A stretch of 64,000 bases of DNA from Cenococcum geophilum (Eukaryota). This document shows positions 63,101 through 64,000 of this stretch, piece by piece; the stretch's first letter is position 1; each line of letters starts with the position of its first letter. Location of the stretch: NCBI GenBank assembly GCA_050273025.1, contig CP158635.1, positions 9,920,001-9,984,000 on the forward strand, read 5' to 3'. Position numbers and translations under genes: made by a program. Under the pieces are notes generated by a model, which was given only the letters and a program-made list of their open reading frames with translations, was not told the DNA's origin and ran no database searches.

Positions 63101-64000
63101 AATTAATAAGTTAAAGAGATATTAGTCTTTAGAAAAACTAGAACACCTTATTATCTTATAAGCTTAAAAGGACCGTTTTTAGCAAGTCTAGGACTTACTG
63201 GATAATCTTTAAGATGGCAGTAAGGACTAAATAGAGAATTTTAATAATAAACTAGATATAAGACTACCGCATTTAGCAAATATTAACGTTACTCCTATAT
63301 TAAAAAGCATTTAGATCTTAATGGAAGAACTCCGTTAGCTACCTACCTTAAAGCTAACTCTAGAACCGTCTAGACTATCTACGTCTTCGGCGCCTTAACA
63401 GACATCATTTACTACTTAGTTATCTCCTAAAGTTACCAAACCACTATTTGTAGATCCTACACCTTATTCCAAACCTCAGACGATAGCAGGCTTATTATTA
63501 GGGGGTAAGAGACGTTCTAGCCGTAAAAAGCGGCCTACGGTAAAGAAGAAAGATATACTAAATTAGGATTTATAATAACGAGCCTTTGCGGTTTAAATTA
63601 ATAACGGTGACAATAACCTTATTAATCCAGATATAACACCATTAGCTTACGCTTTCTATACTGCTGCTACGAAGACATACGGATATTAAGACGATTTTCC
63701 ACCGCCACTAAAGTCATGGAAAGAGATGCTTAATTATAGGTACGCTACAGAGTTTAAAGTAGCTGCTTATACCGAGATAAAGGCCTTAATGGGAAAACAC
63801 ACCTAGGACGAGGTACGACTAGTTAAGAAAGTTTATCGACTTCCTACTATATAGGTCTTTACGTACAAGGAAAATTTAGACGGCTTTATTACGAGATTTA
63901 AAGCTTATCTAGTTATCTGTGGAGACCTTTAAGCAGTCTTATAAAAGGAGGTTAAAGCTATTACGGTAGCCTATCGGACCTTCCGTCTAATCTACGCTCT
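60173..64000 (+). mobile_element. Ty1/Copia LTR retrotransposon, RIP-inactivated, running off the window
   Basis: 5' LTR about 60173-60416 (TGTTGGCCA...), followed by a RIP-altered copia-type PBS GTTATAAGCC. Domain order gag knuckle (~61500), protease (*GYNTIADTHFYN, ~61820), integrase (~62250-63100), then RT (VFTYKENLDGFITRFKAYLVICGDL, ~63855-63930). Confidence 0.9.

Overview
Fungal (filamentous ascomycete, probably Dothideomycete-like) genomic window in three zones. (1) About 1-23.3 kb is a gene-dense core block: CSF1/BLTP1 (5'-partial), VPS52, eIF5A, RRN7, ubiquitin-RPL40, a TOS4-like FHA protein, a ribosomal-L1-domain protein (UTP30/CIC1-like) and palmitoyl-protein thioesterase. (2) About 23.4-38.5 kb is an accessory island. 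It holds a HET-domain gene, a retropepsin-fold gene with an Asp->His change at the catalytic position, several MITEs, a hAT remnant and a minisatellite. It also holds five dispersed paralogues of a two-exon microprotein gene family I do not recognise (four of 65-78 aa, one frameshifted). They share the motif R-[SA]-L-x-x-S-D-x-I-N, one TM helix, a W-R basic patch, a phase-1 intron and a D-phi-E...beta-strand-G/E-RRR tail. (3) About 38.5-64 kb is an AT-rich nest of RIP-mutated transposons: two Ty3/Gypsy chromoviruses, a copia element, a TRIM with a self-priming site, solo LTRs and MITEs. It also contains two copies of a non-coding retroposon with an (ATT)n tail; the full-length copy starts exactly at an HDV-like ribozyme fold. 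Gene models, splice sites and RNA folds were derived by hand; no database searches were run.
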